Source of the DNA: Terriglobia bacterium
Lineage (GTDB): Bacteria; Acidobacteriota; Terriglobia; 2-12-FULL-54-10
Length of the DNA: 64,000 bases
Reading direction: 5' to 3'
Assembly: GCA_963666975.2 (NCBI GenBank)
Contig: CAXVYR010000003.1
Location: 960,001-1,024,000, forward strand
The notes below the pieces were generated by a model that saw only the letters and a program-made list of their open reading frames with translations, made no database searches and was not told where the DNA came from. Below, piece after piece: positions 9,620 to 19,917 of this stretch (its first letter is position 1; the number at the start of each line of letters is the position of its first letter). A program made the translations under genes and the position numbers.

Positions 9620-11227
9620 ATGGACCATCAGGGATGGAACCCCAGCACATATGGGATTGAAGAGCACGGCATTACGAATGCGAACATTGTTTATTGGAAC
9701 CTTCCTGCCGGAGCGTTGTACGAGCATGCTCTTCAGCGCAGCGAGGGAAAAACCGCCCACCTCGGACCTCTGGTAGTCAGCACGGGACATTATACCGGCC
9801 GCTCGCCGAATGACAAGTTTATCGTGCAAGAACCCGGCAGCCAGAGCAACATCTGGTGGGGAGCCGTCAACCGGCCCTTTGAGCAAGATCGGTTCGACCG
9901 CCTTTATCAGCGCGTGATGGGATTTCTGCAAGGCAAGGACCTGTTTGTGCAGGACTGCTTCGCGGGCGCGGACCCCAGCTACCGGAAGCCTATCCGCGTG
10001 ATCAGCGAGTATGCATGGCACAGCCTGTTTGCCCGCAACATGTTCATTCGTCCGGACTGGTCCAAGGTCCGGGAGCATGTGCCGGAGTACACCATCATCG
10101 CCGCCCCCAACTTTCAAGCCACGCCTGCAGTGGACGGAACCAAGTCGGAAGCATTCATTCTGGTTCACTTTGGCCGGAAACTGGTGCTCATCGGCGGCAC
10201 CGAGTATGCGGGCGAAATTAAAAAATCCGTCTTTACGATCATGAACTATTGCCTGCCGCTGGAAAACATCTTCTCCATGCACTGCTCGGCGAACATCGGT
10301 CAAGAGGGAGATGTAGCTCTTTTCTTCGGCCTCTCCGGCACAGGCAAGACCACGCTCTCCACCGACGCCAGTCGCAAACTGATCGGCGATGATGAGCATG
10401 GCTGGAGCGACCGGGGTGTCTTCAACTTCGAGGGCGGGTGCTACGCCAAAGTGATCCGCCTCTCTCCCGAGGCTGAGCCGGAAATCTACCAGACCACTCG
10501 CCAGTTCGGCACAGTGCTGGAAAATGTCGTCATGGACCCGGTGACCCGGCGTCTGAACCTGGATGATGACTCGCTCACGGAAAATACCCGAGGTTGCTAC
10601 CCCATCAACCAAATTGACAACTGCGAGCTTTCCGGCATGGGAGGGCACCCACGGAACCTCATCATGCTGACCGCCGACGCCTTCGGGGTCATGCCTCCGG
10701 TGAGCAAGTTGACGCCTGAGCAGGCCATGTACCATTTCCTTTCAGGCTACACCGCGAAGGTGGCGGGCACGGAAAGGGGGATGGGCAGCGAACCGCAGGC
10801 TACTTTCAGCACCTGTTTCGGCGCTCCCTTTATGGCCCTTCACCCGTCGGTCTATGCCAATCTGCTGCGCGATAAGATTGCAAAGCACAAAACGCACTGC
10901 TGGCTGGTGAACACAGGATGGAGCGGGGGGCCGTTCGGAGTCGGCAAGCGCATCAAGATCGCGTACACCCGGGCGATGGTCCGCGCCATACTGAGCGGCA
11001 AGCTCGCCTCGGTGCCCACCAAAAAAGACCCTATCTTCGGTCTCCAAATTCCTCAAACCTGCGAAGGCGTTCCGGCAGAAATTCTCTGGCCCAGCACTAC
11101 CTGGAAAAATGCCGCCGACTATGATGCCAAGGCGAAGGATTTAGCCCAAAGATTTGAGAAGAACTTCGAGGCATTCGCTCCCAGTGTTTCTCCGGAAGTT
11201 TGCACCAGCGGCCCTAAAGTAAAATGA
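9620..11227 (+). CDS. pckA: Phosphoenolpyruvate carboxykinase (ATP)
   Basis: Motifs TGRSPNDK, YAGEIKKS, GLSGTGKTTLS, IGDDEHGW and NFEGGCYAK. AGGAG RBS. Confidence 0.97.
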   Translation: MDHQGWNPSTYGIEEHGITNANIVYWNLPAGALYEHALQRSEGKTAHLGPLVVSTGHYTGRSPNDKFIVQEPGSQSNIWWGAVNRPFEQDRFDRLYQRVMGFLQGKDLFVQDCFAGADPSYRKPIRVISEYAWHSLFARNMFIRPDWSKVREHVPEYTIIAAPNFQATPAVDGTKSEAFILVHFGRKLVLIGGTEYAGEIKKSVFTIMNYCLPLENIFSMHCSANIGQEGDVALFFGLSGTGKTTLSTDASRKLIGDDEHGWSDRGVFNFEGGCYAKVIRLSPEAEPEIYQTTRQFGTVLENVVMDPVTRRLNLDDDSLTENTRGCYPINQIDNCELSGMGGHPRNLIMLTADAFGVMPPVSKLTPEQAMYHFLSGYTAKVAGTERGMGSEPQATFSTCFGAPFMALHPSVYANLLRDKIAKHKTHCWLVNTGWSGGPFGVGKRIKIAYTRAMVRAILSGKLASVPTKKDPIFGLQIPQTCEGVPAEILWPSTTWKNAADYDAKAKDLAQRFEKNFEAFAPSVSPEVCTSGPKVK

Positions 11228-11263
11228 GCCGGTTCTTGTTCTGAGAGTGGCCCTTCTTGGTTT

Positions 11264-11305
11264 GGTGGTTTAGCAACGGTGGTTTAGCAGCGGTGCCTTA
11301 GCAGC
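11264..11305. repeat. 14-bp tandem repeat x3
   Basis: GGTGGTTTAGCAAC GGTGGTTTAGCAGC GGTGCCTTAGCAGC, between convergent genes. Confidence 0.8.
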
Positions 11306-11308
11306 AAA

Positions 11309-12268
11309 TCAGCGATTACCGTCGAACAGCGCCTTCATGTTCGCCCGGTACCATTCGACCGTTTTCTCAAGCCCTTCTTCAAACAGAACCGTAGGTTCAT
11401 AGCCGAGATGCTGCCGGGCCTGGCTGATGTCTGCCTGGGAGTGCAATATGTCGCCGGGGCGCGGGGCGGCGTAGATGGGCTCCACATCGGCCCCGATGAT
11501 CCGTCGCAGCGTGGCAAACGTCTTGTTGAGTGTCTGCCGCTCGCCGGTAGCCACGTTCAGCACCTTCCCGGCTACCTGAGAAGCCGTGCATGCAAGCAAG
11601 TTGGCCTGCACTGCATTGTCAACATAAGTAAAGTCGCGGGAGTGCTCGCCATCGCCAAAGATCGTCGGCCGCTTGCCTTGCAGCAGAGAAGTAATAAATA
11701 GCGATAAAACACCCGAGTAGGGCGAAGTGGGGTCCTGGCGCGGGCCGAAGATGTTGAAATACCTTAAGCTCACCGTTTCCAGTCCATAGGTTTGCGTAAA
11801 AACCATGGCGTACATTTCCCCCACCAGCTTGGTAATGGCATAGGGAGAAATGGGGTTGGACGGCATGGACTCGACTTTGGGCAGGGTTGGAGTATCCCCA
11901 TAGGCGGAAGAGGACGCCGCATAGACTACGCGTTTCACACCGGCGTCCCGCGCAGCCACCAGCAGGCTGAGCGTCGCGTCGATGTTCATCTGGTTGCTGG
12001 TAACGGGATCAGTGACCGACCGGGGCACAGAAGGCAATGCGGCCTGGTGCAGAACATAATCGACACCCGCCAGCGCGGGACGGAGACGCTCCAGGTCGTT
12101 GAGATCCACCTCCTGGAACTCAATCCGGTCCAGCACTTCGGTAAGGTTCTGCGGCTTGCCGGTCAGGAAGTTGTCTACCACCCGAACCTGCTCGCCGCGC
12201 CGCAGCAATTCACGCACCAGAGCGGAACCGATAAACCCCGCTCCGCCAGTTACCAGGTAAAGAGCCAT
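11309..12268 (-). CDS. NAD-dependent nucleotide-sugar epimerase (WbpP/TviC-like extended SDR)
   Basis: Motifs GGAGFIG, HQAALPSVPRS, YAITK and RYFNIFGPRQDP. Confidence 0.92.
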   Translation of the reverse strand: MALYLVTGGAGFIGSALVRELLRRGEQVRVVDNFLTGKPQNLTEVLDRIEFQEVDLNDLERLRPALAGVDYVLHQAALPSVPRSVTDPVTSNQMNIDATLSLLVAARDAGVKRVVYAASSSAYGDTPTLPKVESMPSNPISPYAITKLVGEMYAMVFTQTYGLETVSLRYFNIFGPRQDPTSPYSGVLSLFITSLLQGKRPTIFGDGEHSRDFTYVDNAVQANLLACTASQVAGKVLNVATGERQTLNKTFATLRRIIGADVEPIYAAPRPGDILHSQADISQARQHLGYEPTVLFEEGLEKTVEWYRANMKALFDGNR

Positions 12269-12407
12269 AGTACCTCCGAAGGGTAACTGTAATCGGCTGC
12301 CGAAGTGCTGTCAATCTTCACCCTGCCGGGAGTGCCGGTCCAGTTACCAAAACCGTCCGGCAGCCTCAACTTTGCTCCCACAAAACCTTTCTGTTATTAT
12401 CCTTACC

Positions 12408-15400
12408 ATGCAGCCGAAAGAGTTCGTGCACCTGCATCTGCACACCGATTACAGCTTGCTGGATGGCGCCTGCCAGATTTCCGGGTTGGTGGACCGGGCC
12501 CTTCGTCAGAAAATGCCGGCTGTTGCGGTAACCGACCACGGCAACCTGTTCGGGGCGATTTCTTTTCACAAATCCGCCACCGCGCGCGGACTGAAGCCGA
12601 TTGTGGGATGCGAAGTGTATGTTTCCCAGCAGGGGCGATTCACCCGCCATGAGTCCGACCGCTACAATCATCTCGTTCTGCTTTGCGCCAATCAACAGGG
12701 TTACCGAAATCTTGTCAAACTGGTTTCCGCCGGATATCTGGAAGGTTTCTACTACAAGCCCCGCATTGACAAAGACCTTCTGGCCAGCCACTCCGAGGGT
12801 TTGATTGCTCTTTCGGCTTGCCTACGGGGAGAAGTGGCCGAGGCTCTTCTGGCGGAGAAGATGGACGAAGCCCGCCGCGTGGCGTATCAGTTCCAAGATA
12901 TCTTCGGGAAGGAGAATTTTTTCCTGGAGATCCAGGATCAGGGGCTCGATGCGGAGAAGCGAATTAATCCCCTCCTTGTGGAACTGTCCCAGCAAACCGA
13001 CATCCCGCTGGTGGCAACCAACGACTGCCACTATCTCAGCCAGGAGGACTCCCGCGCCCACGACGTGCTGCTCTGTATCCAGACGGGCCGAACCGTTGGC
13101 GATACGAAGCGGATGAAGTTTGCCACGGACCAGTTTTACATGAAGTCTTACGAGGAGATGATGCAGGTTTTCCGGGAACTGCCCGATGCAGTAGGACGGA
13201 CGGCGGAGATCGCTGCCCGATGTGACTTGCAACTGGAAAAGGTGGCACATCCCTTCCCTCACTTCGATGTCCCTCCCGACGAAACGCTGGACAGCTACTT
13301 TGCGCGAGTCGCCCGCGAAGGTTTCCAGGCACGGCGGGAAAAGCTCGAGGAAAAAGCGAGCCGGGGCGAGTTGCGGCAGACTCTGAATGCTTACGAAGAG
13401 CGCCTGGAAAAAGAAATTCTGACCATCCAGCAGATGCAGTTTCCCGGGTATTTTTTGATCGTCTGGGACTTTGTTCGTTTTGCCAAACAGAAAAACATTC
13501 CTGTGGGGCCGGGGCGAGGCTCGGCGGCAGGCAGCTTGGTTTCCTATTCGCTCGGAATCACCGGCATCGACCCGCTCCAGCACAACCTGCTGTTTGAACG
13601 CTTCCTCAACCCGGAACGGGTTTCCCTTCCCGATATCGATATCGACTTCTGCATGAACCGCCGTGGCGAGGTCATTGATTACGTGACGAATAAGTACGGC
13701 CGCAAGAATGTGGCGCAGATCATCACCTTTGGGACGATGGCCGCCAAGGCAGCTATCAAGGATGCCGCGCGCGCAATGGAATTTTCCTACGGGGAAGCGG
13801 ATCGAATCGCCAAGCTGGTACCGAGTGTCCTGAACATCACGCTCGAACAGGCCTTGCGCCAGTCCCCTGCCCTGGCCAGCCTGGTGGAGCAAGACCCGCG
13901 CGTGGCGGATCTGATGGGGATCGCCCGGCGGCTGGAAGGCATGGTCCGGCACGCCTCCACCCACGCCGCAGGAGTGGTTATTTCTCCGCAGCCCCTCACC
14001 GAGATGATCCCTCTCTACCGGAGCAATAAGGAAGAGATCGTCACCGAATATGACATGAACGGCCTGGAGACCGTCGGCTTGCTCAAGATGGATTTCCTGG
14101 GCCTGACTACCCTGACCGTGGTGGATGACACGCTCCAGTTGATCGAGTCCACGCGGGGCGAAAAGATCGATCTGGACCTGCTGCCGCTCGACGACCAAGC
14201 CACCTACGAGCTTTTTTCCAAGGGTCTGACAAGCGGTATCTTCCAGTTTGAATCCAGCGGGATGCGGGATATTCTCCGCCGTTACCGCCCTTCCCGCCTG
14301 GAGGATCTGACGGCGCTGAACGCCCTGTACCGGCCAGGGCCGCTGCAGGGCGGGATGATCGATGACTTCATCCAGCGGAAACATGGAAAAAAACCCATCA
14401 CCTACGACTTACCCGAGTTGCAGGAGATCCTTTCGGAGACTTACGGCGTCATCGTCTATCAGGAACAGGTCATGCAGATCGCCAACCGCTTGGCGGGATT
14501 CAGCCTGGGACAAGCGGACCTGCTGCGCCGCGCCATGGGCAAGAAAAAACATAAGGAAATGGCAGCCCAGCGCGAGCGCTTTGTCAAAGGGGCCGTCGAC
14601 AACGGTTTTCCGAAAAAGAAGGTGGTTCGCATCTTCGATCTGATGGAGCAGTTCGCCGGCTACGGATTTAATAAATCCCACTCGGCCGCCTATGCCTTCC
14701 TGGCCTATATCACCGCCTACCTGAAGACTCATTACCCGGTGGAGTTCATGGCGGCGGTGCTGACCAGTGAAACCGGCAATACGGATAAGCTGGTTCAATA
14801 TATCAACGAGTGCCGGGAACTGAACATCCCGCTCTTACCCCCGGATATTCAGACCAGTTCGTGGAGCTTCACTCCCGCAGGCGATTCCATCCTCTTCGGG
14901 CTGGGAGCCATCAAAAATGTGGGCTACAGCGCCATCGATTCCATTTTGGCCGCGCGGAAAAGCATCGGGAACTTCGAATCTCTCTACCAGTTCTGTGAGA
15001 TTGTCGATCTGCGCTTGCTCAACAAACGCGTGCTGGAAAGCCTGATCAAGGCCGGGGCGATGGACTGCCTGAAGGCGCGCCGCTCCCAATTGTTTGCCAG
15101 CGTGGACCGGGCCATGGAATCCGGCCAAAAGCTGCAGCGGGCCCGCGAATCCGGGCAGCATGATCTGTTTGGAGGCTCCTGGAAGCCTGCCACGGATCAA
15201 GCGCTGCTGCCGGATGTTGAGGACTGGCCCGAATCACAGACACTTGCCGGTGAGAAGGAAGTGCTAGGGTTCTACATCACCGGCCATCCCTTGCAAAAGT
15301 ATGAGGCCCAGCTGCGAAGTCTTGGCGCTGCCGAAACCTCCTCTCTCACGGATCATTCCCCGCAAGAGGAAGTGACCGTAGCCGGAATTATCGCCTCGGT

Positions 15401-15857
15401 GCGTGCAGCACGCAGCAAGAAAGGGGATCTGTGGGCTACTGTGGCATTGGAAGATCTGACGGGCAAAATAGAGTTGTTGATCTTTCCGGAAGCCTACCGC
15501 CGCCTGCATGAGCGTTTGCAGCTGGAAGCAATTGTTTTTGTTAAGGGGCGACTGCAAATGGAGGAAAACGCCCCTGTCCGAATCGTGGTTGCGGAGTTGA
15601 CTCCGATCGATACCGGAGTTTCGGGCCGATCCACTGTGCTCATCCGCGTCCGGCTGCAAGGGGAGAACGGAAGCGCTGCCCAGCGGTTATTCGATCTTTT
15701 TCGAGCAAAGCCCGGCAACGCATCCATACGTCTCGAACTGGAGCGGGGGCAGGACTTTCAAGCCCTTCTGGAGCCAGATATACAGGTACAGCCTGATGCC
15801 GAGTTTGTCTCCACCGTGGAACAGATCTGTGGAAAAGATTCCGTGCGCCTCGTCTAA
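12408..15857 (+). CDS. dnaE: DNA polymerase III alpha subunit
   Basis: PHP motif HLHLHTDYSLLDG, plus GPGRGSAAGS, PDIDIDF and YGFNKSHS. C-terminal OB fold. Confidence 0.98.
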   Translation: MQPKEFVHLHLHTDYSLLDGACQISGLVDRALRQKMPAVAVTDHGNLFGAISFHKSATARGLKPIVGCEVYVSQQGRFTRHESDRYNHLVLLCANQQGYRNLVKLVSAGYLEGFYYKPRIDKDLLASHSEGLIALSACLRGEVAEALLAEKMDEARRVAYQFQDIFGKENFFLEIQDQGLDAEKRINPLLVELSQQTDIPLVATNDCHYLSQEDSRAHDVLLCIQTGRTVGDTKRMKFATDQFYMKSYEEMMQVFRELPDAVGRTAEIAARCDLQLEKVAHPFPHFDVPPDETLDSYFARVAREGFQARREKLEEKASRGELRQTLNAYEERLEKEILTIQQMQFPGYFLIVWDFVRFAKQKNIPVGPGRGSAAGSLVSYSLGITGIDPLQHNLLFERFLNPERVSLPDIDIDFCMNRRGEVIDYVTNKYGRKNVAQIITFGTMAAKAAIKDAARAMEFSYGEADRIAKLVPSVLNITLEQALRQSPALASLVEQDPRVADLMGIARRLEGMVRHASTHAAGVVISPQPLTEMIPLYRSNKEEIVTEYDMNGLETVGLLKMDFLGLTTLTVVDDTLQLIESTRGEKIDLDLLPLDDQATYELFSKGLTSGIFQFESSGMRDILRRYRPSRLEDLTALNALYRPGPLQGGMIDDFIQRKHGKKPITYDLPELQEILSETYGVIVYQEQVMQIANRLAGFSLGQADLLRRAMGKKKHKEMAAQRERFVKGAVDNGFPKKKVVRIFDLMEQFAGYGFNKSHSAAYAFLAYITAYLKTHYPVEFMAAVLTSETGNTDKLVQYINECRELNIPLLPPDIQTSSWSFTPAGDSILFGLGAIKNVGYSAIDSILAARKSIGNFESLYQFCEIVDLRLLNKRVLESLIKAGAMDCLKARRSQLFASVDRAMESGQKLQRARESGQHDLFGGSWKPATDQALLPDVEDWPESQTLAGEKEVLGFYITGHPLQKYEAQLRSLGAAETSSLTDHSPQEEVTVAGIIASVRAARSKKGDLWATVALEDLTGKIELLIFPEAYRRLHERLQLEAIVFVKGRLQMEENAPVRIVVAELTPIDTGVSGRSTVLIRVRLQGENGSAAQRLFDLFRAKPGNASIRLELERGQDFQALLEPDIQVQPDAEFVSTVEQICGKDSVRLV

Positions 15858-15901
15858 GGCGCAAGCCTAGCATCGAAATCGCCGCTAAGGAAGAATAACG
15901 A

Positions 15902-16882
15902 ATGGTCGATCCGGAAAAAGCCAGACTGGAGTTGGAAGGCATCGAGCAGGAAATCGAGGCCTTGGCAAAGAATTCACCCGGCGCAGAGGCTCAGCCCGAT
16001 GTGGATACCGCCAATCGGATCGAGCAGCTCACCGGACAACTGAACCAACTCAGAGCGGAACTCGCCGCCCACCCGTCTCCCTGGAACCGCGTGCAGATGG
16101 CGCGCCATCCCCAGCGGCCTTACACCCTGGAATACGCGAAGTACCTCTTCCAGGATTTTGCAGAGCTGCACGGCGACAGGGCTTTTGGAGACGATCCCGC
16201 CCTGGTTGCCGGACTGGCGCAGTTTCACGGCCGCCCCGTCGCCGTGGTTGGCCACCAAAAAGGGCGCGACACGACGCAAAAGCTTCGCCGGAACTTTGGA
16301 ATGCCGAAGCCGGAGGGTTACCGCAAGGCTCTGCGAATTATGCGCATGGCAGCCAAGTTCAACCGGCCCATTTTCACCTTTGTGGACACGCCGGGAGCCT
16401 ATCCGGGCATTGGCTCCGAAGAACGGGGCCAAGCGGAAGCCATTGCCAGAAATCTCCTCGAGATGGCACGTCTCCCGGTCCCGATCCTTGTCACCATCAC
16501 AGGAGAAGGCGGCAGCGGGGGAGCTTTGGCGATTGCGATCGGCGATCGCATTCTGATGCTGGAAAACTCCGTCTACAGCGTGATCTCCCCAGAGGGTTGT
16601 GCTTCGATCACTTGGAGAGATGGGAAGAAGGCAGAACAGGCAGCCGACGCGCTGAAGATCACGGCCCAGGACCTGGACTCTCTCGGCATCGTGGACCAAA
16701 TTGTCCCGGAGCCGCCCGGAGGAGCACAGACCGACCAGGAAAAGATGGCACAGATCTTGGACCCATTGCTCGAACAGGCACTACAGGAAGTCCAGCGCTT
16801 GCCGGTTCCGGAGTTGCTGGAAAAGCGTTATCAGAAGTTCCGGCATATCGGCCAATTCTTCCGCGATACGAGCGCAAGCTGA
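15902..16882 (+). CDS. accA: Acetyl-CoA carboxylase carboxyltransferase alpha
   Basis: Motifs ARHPQRP, FGMPKPEGYRKA, DTPGAYPG and GEGGSGGALA. Follows dnaE. Confidence 0.97.
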   Translation: MVDPEKARLELEGIEQEIEALAKNSPGAEAQPDVDTANRIEQLTGQLNQLRAELAAHPSPWNRVQMARHPQRPYTLEYAKYLFQDFAELHGDRAFGDDPALVAGLAQFHGRPVAVVGHQKGRDTTQKLRRNFGMPKPEGYRKALRIMRMAAKFNRPIFTFVDTPGAYPGIGSEERGQAEAIARNLLEMARLPVPILVTITGEGGSGGALAIAIGDRILMLENSVYSVISPEGCASITWRDGKKAEQAADALKITAQDLDSLGIVDQIVPEPPGGAQTDQEKMAQILDPLLEQALQEVQRLPVPELLEKRYQKFRHIGQFFRDTSAS

Positions 16883-17105
16883 CGGTTGTTCCTCTGCTCC
16901 CCAGACAGCAGCTCTTTTTTATGGACCTCTTCTTGCTGCAAACCATTCTGGCTGACTCGGAAATTCGGACCCGGCAAATCGCCGGGGCATCTCCGGCAAA
17001 AATTAATTTGCGACGGAAAGCCTGTTTCGTCATCTAAAAATAGGGTGATTGGAGCAGGATCAGTTTTGGAATTGGGCGCTGAAGGCGAAACCCGGCAATA
17101 ACAAG

Positions 17106-17834
17106 TTGATTACCGTTATCATTCCCACTCTAAACGAAGAAGACTCTCTGGCTCAGACGCTGGAATCGCTGAGTGCGGCCAGGGGCCAGTTTGAAATGAT
17201 TGTCGTCGACGGACAGAGCACCGATTCGACACGTGACATCGCTGCCCGTTATTGCCGGACCCTCGCCTGTCCACCCCACCGGGCGATGCAAATGAATCAC
17301 GGGGCAGAAGAGGCTCAGGGCGAGGTGCTTTTGTTTCTGCACGCGGACGTGGTCTTTCCCGCAACTGGAATTCTTTCCGTGGAAGCGGCGCTGGCCGACC
17401 CGCAGATCGTCGGGGGCAATTTTGACATTCTGTACGAAGGTCCCGGCATGGCCAGCAGCCTCTTTACGGCCATCAACCGGTGGCGCAGGCCCTTCGGCAT
17501 CTTTTATGGCGACTCGGGAATCTTCGTGCGGCGCGAAGTGTTCCAGGCTATGGGCGGATTCCGGACCCTGCCGCTCATGGAAGATTTCGATTTCGCGCGG
17601 CGTCTCGTGAAGTCCAGCAAAACGGTTTGTCTGAAGGATTCTCTGCTCGTCTCTGCCCGGCGATGGGAGGAGCACGGAGTGTTCCACACGATGGCTGCCT
17701 GGTTCTTCCTGCAAACTTTTTTCTTGCTGGGCGTCCCGGCACACCTCCTGGCCCGATACTACCTCCCGATTCGCCGCCAGTCGCTCGCCTCCGAGACGGT
17801 TCTCGAATCCGCCAAAGTGGAATCGAAACTGTAA
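17106..17834 (+). CDS. GT2 glycosyltransferase (TIGR04283-like)
   Basis: Motifs VIIPTLNEE, LLFLHAD, FYGDSGIFV, PLMED and VSARRW. TTG start inferred. Confidence 0.85.
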   Translation: MITVIIPTLNEEDSLAQTLESLSAARGQFEMIVVDGQSTDSTRDIAARYCRTLACPPHRAMQMNHGAEEAQGEVLLFLHADVVFPATGILSVEAALADPQIVGGNFDILYEGPGMASSLFTAINRWRRPFGIFYGDSGIFVRREVFQAMGGFRTLPLMEDFDFARRLVKSSKTVCLKDSLLVSARRWEEHGVFHTMAAWFFLQTFFLLGVPAHLLARYYLPIRRQSLASETVLESAKVESKL

Positions 17835-17882
17835 TTTCTTTCCAGAAAGCTAGCCGAGAAAAACCTGTCGATGTGCCGCAGT

Positions 17883-18347
17883 TCACTTTTCCGCAGAAGT
17901 GGTTTGGGAAATCTCGGCTCCCGTCAACCCCGCGCCCGGCAAATAGATACGGGGCCAGATCGCGAGGGTGAAGGCCAGTATTCCTCCCACTTGCAAGAAC
18001 GCCGAAGCGGCTAACACAAGATTTCCAAGCAAGGCTGGAAACAGCAAAGCGGCGCTTCTCACCGCCAGTCCCACGCTCAGCAGTAGGTACGCCGCCCAGG
18101 CCAGCGGGTCACGAGCGGCCTTCTGGCGGCTCTCGCCACTCCTGCGCGGGAACATCCACAAGGCCACCCCGCAAACCATGTTCAGGAAGAAGCCGATTCC
18201 CAGCCAATGGATGTGCACCGTAAAGAGCTTTTCGTGTGGCGACGACACTACCCCCGCTTGTCCCAGCAACATCCACCCTCCTGCCGTTGCCCCCAGTAGC
18301 AACCAGATCAAAGCAGTCTTGATGAACAAGCGGTGAATCAGCAGCAT
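17883..18347 (-). CDS. Hypothetical 4-TM membrane protein with His-containing helix
   Basis: Four hydrophobic helices, HIHWLGIGF...GVALWMFPR. GGAG RBS. Confidence 0.7.
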   Translation of the reverse strand: MLLIHRLFIKTALIWLLLGATAGGWMLLGQAGVVSSPHEKLFTVHIHWLGIGFFLNMVCGVALWMFPRRSGESRQKAARDPLAWAAYLLLSVGLAVRSAALLFPALLGNLVLAASAFLQVGGILAFTLAIWPRIYLPGAGLTGAEISQTTSAEK

Positions 18348-18489
18348 TCGGCCAACTCCAACAAAGATTTTTTGCGCCAGGACTCCCTAATCGTGAAGCA
18401 TTGCCACACAGCGGAGCAGAAAAAACGCTGCGCCTCATATTGCTCGCTCCGTGGAGATGCCTGCCACTTAGTTTTAATTCCTGCAGTGG

Positions 18490-19884
18490 TTATTCCGAAG
18501 ATTTTTTCCGATCCGGAGTTTCGATGCTGGAAGCGGCGGCTGCCCGGTAGCCGATTACGGCGTAGTCCATGCCGCCGAAGTAAGTTTCGTTGAATTGCAT
18601 CACAGCGGCATTCCAGGCCTGCAACGAGTCCGCTTCAATCACATGGGATTCGAGCTGGGGAATCACTGCCAGTCCGCCTGCCGCAGGGGAAAGAAAATGT
18701 GTCGTGATCTTCCTCAGGCCAGCCTCAGCAAACAGGAACCGCAATTGAGCGGGCGGAACAGGCCGGACATGGGTCGGATCAAGAAAAAACGTCTTGCTGA
18801 AAATTGCCAGGCACTCGGGATTTTGCGTCTCCACTGCAAATATTCCCGCAGGAGCCAGTTTTGCCGCGCACCGGGACACCAAGCGGATGTATGCCTGCGG
18901 CTCCAGATGCTCCACAAACTGCGCGCAAAAAATTCCGTCTAACGAGCCGTCGGGCACGGTCTCCAGATAGCTGAAAACATCTGCTTCGACCGCATCGAGA
19001 CCTTTTTCCAAACAACAGCCCACCATGTCCGGGCTCAAGTCAATTCCCCGGCATCCTGCCCCTGCCTCGCGCATCAGTTCCAGAAATTCGCCCCGGCCGC
19101 AGGCGATATCCAGCACGTTCTTCCGGTCTTGAAACAATGGCAGGTAGAAACGCTGGCGGGCACGCACCTCGTCCTCCGTCCCGCGAAAATGCCGCTCCAA
19201 TTGAAAGTAGTCGATTCCCGAAGGGAGCGTCGCCTTTCCGCTGCTTCCTGAACCCGAATCGGCAACCACCGCGCGAGCGTCATCCGTTCTGGCTTGAGCC
19301 ACTCTCGCCTGGGCGGTTATACGCTGGCGCAGGATACGAAGCTCTTCGTGAATTTGCTCCTGCAGGGATTCCAGAAGCTCAAAGGTGCGATCCTGCAATG
19401 CAGTAGATTGCCGCGCCATGACGCCGTCATAAGTCCATCGATGCAGCTTCATTTGCTCTTCAAAATGTGCGCGCAACTCGTCCATTTCCTGTCCTAAAAC
19501 ACGATTGGAATGTTTCAGGGAATCAGTCAGAACTGTGAGATTTCTGTTGTGGTCCTGAAGAACCTCTGTAACTCCCGCCAGCGACTCTACCACTGCGTGA
19601 TTAAAATCTCTCTGGGGACGGACCAGCCAACCTAGAAGCCGTGCGAGTGTATTTTTGCATACCTGGACCAGGTCATTTGCGAAGCTCGAAGGCCGCGGGT
19701 TCACAGTCCCAATCGCGGATGCAAGTCGGCCGGCCTCCGCCTGCGACTTCTTGAGGGGCCCGGTGGACGGCAGGTTCAACTCGGGGTCCTCGGGGACCAC
19801 CCTCGCCAGCTTCCTGGCAAGTCGTTCCCGGATTTCGTGGAGCAACCCGGCCAGTTCCGTGTTTTGCTGATTGTTGGCAGACAT
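18490..19884 (-). CDS. Class I SAM methyltransferase with N-terminal coiled coil (glycan-export associated)
   Basis: Motifs FRGTEDEV, VLDIACGRGEF, QFVEHL and FLDPTH. Helical N-terminal half. GGAGG RBS. Confidence 0.85.
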   Translation of the reverse strand: MSANNQQNTELAGLLHEIRERLARKLARVVPEDPELNLPSTGPLKKSQAEAGRLASAIGTVNPRPSSFANDLVQVCKNTLARLLGWLVRPQRDFNHAVVESLAGVTEVLQDHNRNLTVLTDSLKHSNRVLGQEMDELRAHFEEQMKLHRWTYDGVMARQSTALQDRTFELLESLQEQIHEELRILRQRITAQARVAQARTDDARAVVADSGSGSSGKATLPSGIDYFQLERHFRGTEDEVRARQRFYLPLFQDRKNVLDIACGRGEFLELMREAGAGCRGIDLSPDMVGCCLEKGLDAVEADVFSYLETVPDGSLDGIFCAQFVEHLEPQAYIRLVSRCAAKLAPAGIFAVETQNPECLAIFSKTFFLDPTHVRPVPPAQLRFLFAEAGLRKITTHFLSPAAGGLAVIPQLESHVIEADSLQAWNAAVMQFNETYFGGMDYAVIGYRAAAASSIETPDRKKSSE

Positions 19885-19917
19885 GGAGAAAACCTCCCCT
19901 TCGGGATGAGCGCCTCC

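Noticed and set aside
11264-11305. CRISPR array
   Set aside because: The 14-bp units have no spacers, and no cas genes or repeat-spacer arrays were seen in the window.
12408-15857. Intein in DnaE
   Set aside because: Normal length with continuous motifs.
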